Position numbers and translations under genes: made by a program | DNA from: Candidatus Omnitrophota bacterium | Lineage (GTDB): Bacteria > Omnitrophota > Gorgyraeia > Zapsychrales > Zapsychraceae | NCBI GenBank assembly: GCA_021108075.1 | Contig: JAIORP010000158.1 | Coordinates: forward strand, 5,740 to 69,739 | Reading direction: 5' to 3' | Length of the DNA: 64,000 nt | The notes under the pieces: generated by a model | Databases searched by the model: none | The model's input: the letters and a program-made list of their open reading frames with translations, nothing else | What the model was told of the DNA's origin: nothing | Part shown: positions 62,300-64,000 of the stretch, piece by piece | Layout: every line of letters starts with the position of its first letter | How positions within the stretch are numbered: the stretch's first letter is position 1

Positions 62300-63319
62300 T
62301 CACGGTAGTGTCATCAAGACGGTCCATCTTAAGGTCACCTCTATGGTTAATAACAGCATCGCCCCTAACAAAATAAACGGGAACAACTGTTTGTATTCTT
62401 TGTAGCCCGTTTCTTCACGCTCTGTTTTTTCAAGACGGTCAATTTCATTGTAGATGTCTTTTAACGACTCCGTGTCCGTCGCCCGAAAATATTGACCGTC
62501 CGAGATGGAGGCCAGTTCCTTTAGAAGCCCTTCATCCATATCAATGCGGACATTTTGCATGATCGTGCGTCCGAATAAATCCTGGACAGGAAAAGGAACG
62601 CGCCCCTTGGACCCGGCACCAATGGTATACACTTTTATCCCCAGTGCCCGCGCAGCTTTTGCAGCATCCAGGGGTTGAAACTGGCCGGCATTATTCTTCC
62701 CGTCTGTCAACAAAATCACAATCTTGCTTTTAACATCCCGTTCTTTTAAACGGGTTAGAGACGTCGCCAGTGCCGATCCGATCGCTGTTCCATCTTCCCT
62801 GATCAGGCCTAACTCAACACGGTCCAAATTCATTTTAATCCAATCATAATCTGTCGTTAAGGGCGAAATCGTATACGCCCGCGCCGCAAAAACGACAATC
62901 CCGATCCGGTCCCCCCTCCGTTGAGATATGAAATCTTTGACCACGTCCTTGACCACGGCCAAACGGTTCACGCGCCTTCCCTTAATAACAAAATCCTGGG
63001 CAGCCATACTCCCGGAGGCATCTATGGCCAAAATAATGTCAATCCCTTCCGTCTTAATCTCGGTCTGCTGCAGGATTTGCCGCGGGCCAGCTAAGGCCAA
63101 TAGAAAAAGCACAAGGACAAAGAGACGAAGAAACGGTAACCATTTCAGGGCGCGCGCACGCCATGAGACCTTCACATCCTTCATGATGTTGACCGAAGAA
63201 AACCGGAATGAAACGGGCCGCTGACGTTTAAGCAGATAAATCATCCCGGCCACACACACGGGGATGAACCATAACAGCCAGGGGTCTTTGAACGATATCA
63301 TTGTCATAAGGTTTATCAT
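62300..63319 (-). CDS. batA: BatA VWA-domain protein
   Basis: LAGP, MIDAS DASGSM, GTAIG, LLTDGKNN, YFRATD. Confidence 0.9.
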   Translation of the reverse strand: MINLMTMISFKDPWLLWFIPVCVAGMIYLLKRQRPVSFRFSSVNIMKDVKVSWRARALKWLPFLRLFVLVLFLLALAGPRQILQQTEIKTEGIDIILAIDASGSMAAQDFVIKGRRVNRLAVVKDVVKDFISQRRGDRIGIVVFAARAYTISPLTTDYDWIKMNLDRVELGLIREDGTAIGSALATSLTRLKERDVKSKIVILLTDGKNNAGQFQPLDAAKAARALGIKVYTIGAGSKGRVPFPVQDLFGRTIMQNVRIDMDEGLLKELASISDGQYFRATDTESLKDIYNEIDRLEKTEREETGYKEYKQLFPFILLGAMLLLTIEVTLRWTVLMTLP

Positions 63320-63337
63320 CTGAGCACCAAAAAATTA

Positions 63338-63417
63338 TACCAAATCCATTAATAAATTGTTCTATCTTAATTCTGAAAAGCAAAATTGGTTTTGGTCATT
63401 ATTTAATGGAATTGGTA
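63338..63417 (-). mobile_element. MITE family A copy 10 (80 bp)
   Basis: Reverse orientation, TTA duplication. Confidence 0.9.
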
Positions 63418-63439
63418 TTATTACCTCTTTATAAACGCC

Positions 63440-64000
63440 TTAAGCCTTCACATGCACGGCGGTTGATGGTTGTGTTTCCATAATAAAATTTTTCGTCATT
63501 GTCGCTGCCGCTTCAATTTCTTTTTCCGACGGGCCGTATTTGGCAAACTTAACCATGTCGCAGCAAGCCAAAAAATCTCTCAGAATCTGTTTATGTTCCG
63601 CACATAACACCCGGGTCTTATTCATCGCGTCTAAAAACTCAGGTGTTGTCATTTCCGGAGCCCTGAGGTCAAATTGACGTTCGATGTAATAACGGACAAT
63701 GTCCGACAGCCGCGAGAAATATTCTTTAATCTGACCTGAAGCAGGCAAATTCCGGGCCATGAGGGACTCCAACTCTTCAAGGGCGATCTCCCAGGCTGGC
63801 CGGCGAGGAACAGCCGGTTTGAGCTGTTTCGCGCTTTTTCGCTGTGACCCCTTTCTAAACACAAACCAAGATAGAACAGCAAGACAAAGGAGTACTCCGA
63901 TGGTCAGTAAAAACCAAAAATTTAAAGGATACGCCACCGGCGGTTTGATGTCGCGGATATCTTCGAGCGGTTCTGTGGCCGAACATAAAGAAACGGACAA
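63440..64000 (-). CDS. Bat-cluster-associated membrane protein (DUF4381-like), 5' end beyond window
   Basis: DIRDIKPP + TM, EMTT.EF, DMVKFAK motifs typical of the gene upstream of batA. Confidence 0.75.
   Translation of the reverse strand: MSVSLCSATEPLEDIRDIKPPVAYPLNFWFLLTIGVLLCLAVLSWFVFRKGSQRKSAKQLKPAVPRRPAWEIALEELESLMARNLPASGQIKEYFSRLSDIVRYYIERQFDLRAPEMTTPEFLDAMNKTRVLCAEHKQILRDFLACCDMVKFAKYGPSEKEIEAAATMTKNFIMETQPSTAVHVKA

Noticed and set aside
12856-63417. Dispersed repeat read as a CRISPR array or integron attC sites
   Set aside because: Copies are kb apart, in both orientations, have TIRs and target duplications, lack GTTRRRY cores, and no cas or integrase gene is present
56314-64000. 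bat cluster followed by dsbA and doxX as a novel system
   Set aside because: batABCDE is a known, widespread cluster; nothing unusual apart from the MITE insertions

Overview
Bacterial chromosomal window of roughly 40-45% GC (estimated by eye), gene-dense, with most genes on the minus strand. The gene content suggests an anaerobe: B12-dependent MetH, class III ribonucleotide reductase nrdDG under NrdR boxes, pyruvate:ferredoxin oxidoreductase and a batABCDE cluster. An Omnitrophota/PVC-like origin is only an inference. No rRNA, tRNA, CRISPR array or transposase was seen. Main points of interest: (1) three paralogous, translationally coupled modules of a YfhO-like GT-C membrane glycosyltransferase plus a membrane-anchored TPR protein, sitting with a GtrB-like GT2, a GtrII-like GT-C, a radical SAM/SPASM enzyme and one more GT-C broken by two frameshifts; this is a candidate 'split-TMTC-like' surface or protein glycosylation system; (2) an 80-104 bp MITE family (10 complete copies and 1 half copy) with TACCAAWTCCATTAA ends and perfect 3-bp TNA target duplications, which often are the upstream gene's stop codon and create outward extended -10 motifs; (3) an AmmeMemoRadiSam-type radical SAM operon flanked by two small peptides, one an unannotated Tat peptide, both carrying an [EN]AxY[YW] motif; (4) a second MITE-like palindromic element, a perfect 61-bp palindrome between nrdD and nrdG, and duplicated ECF promoters.
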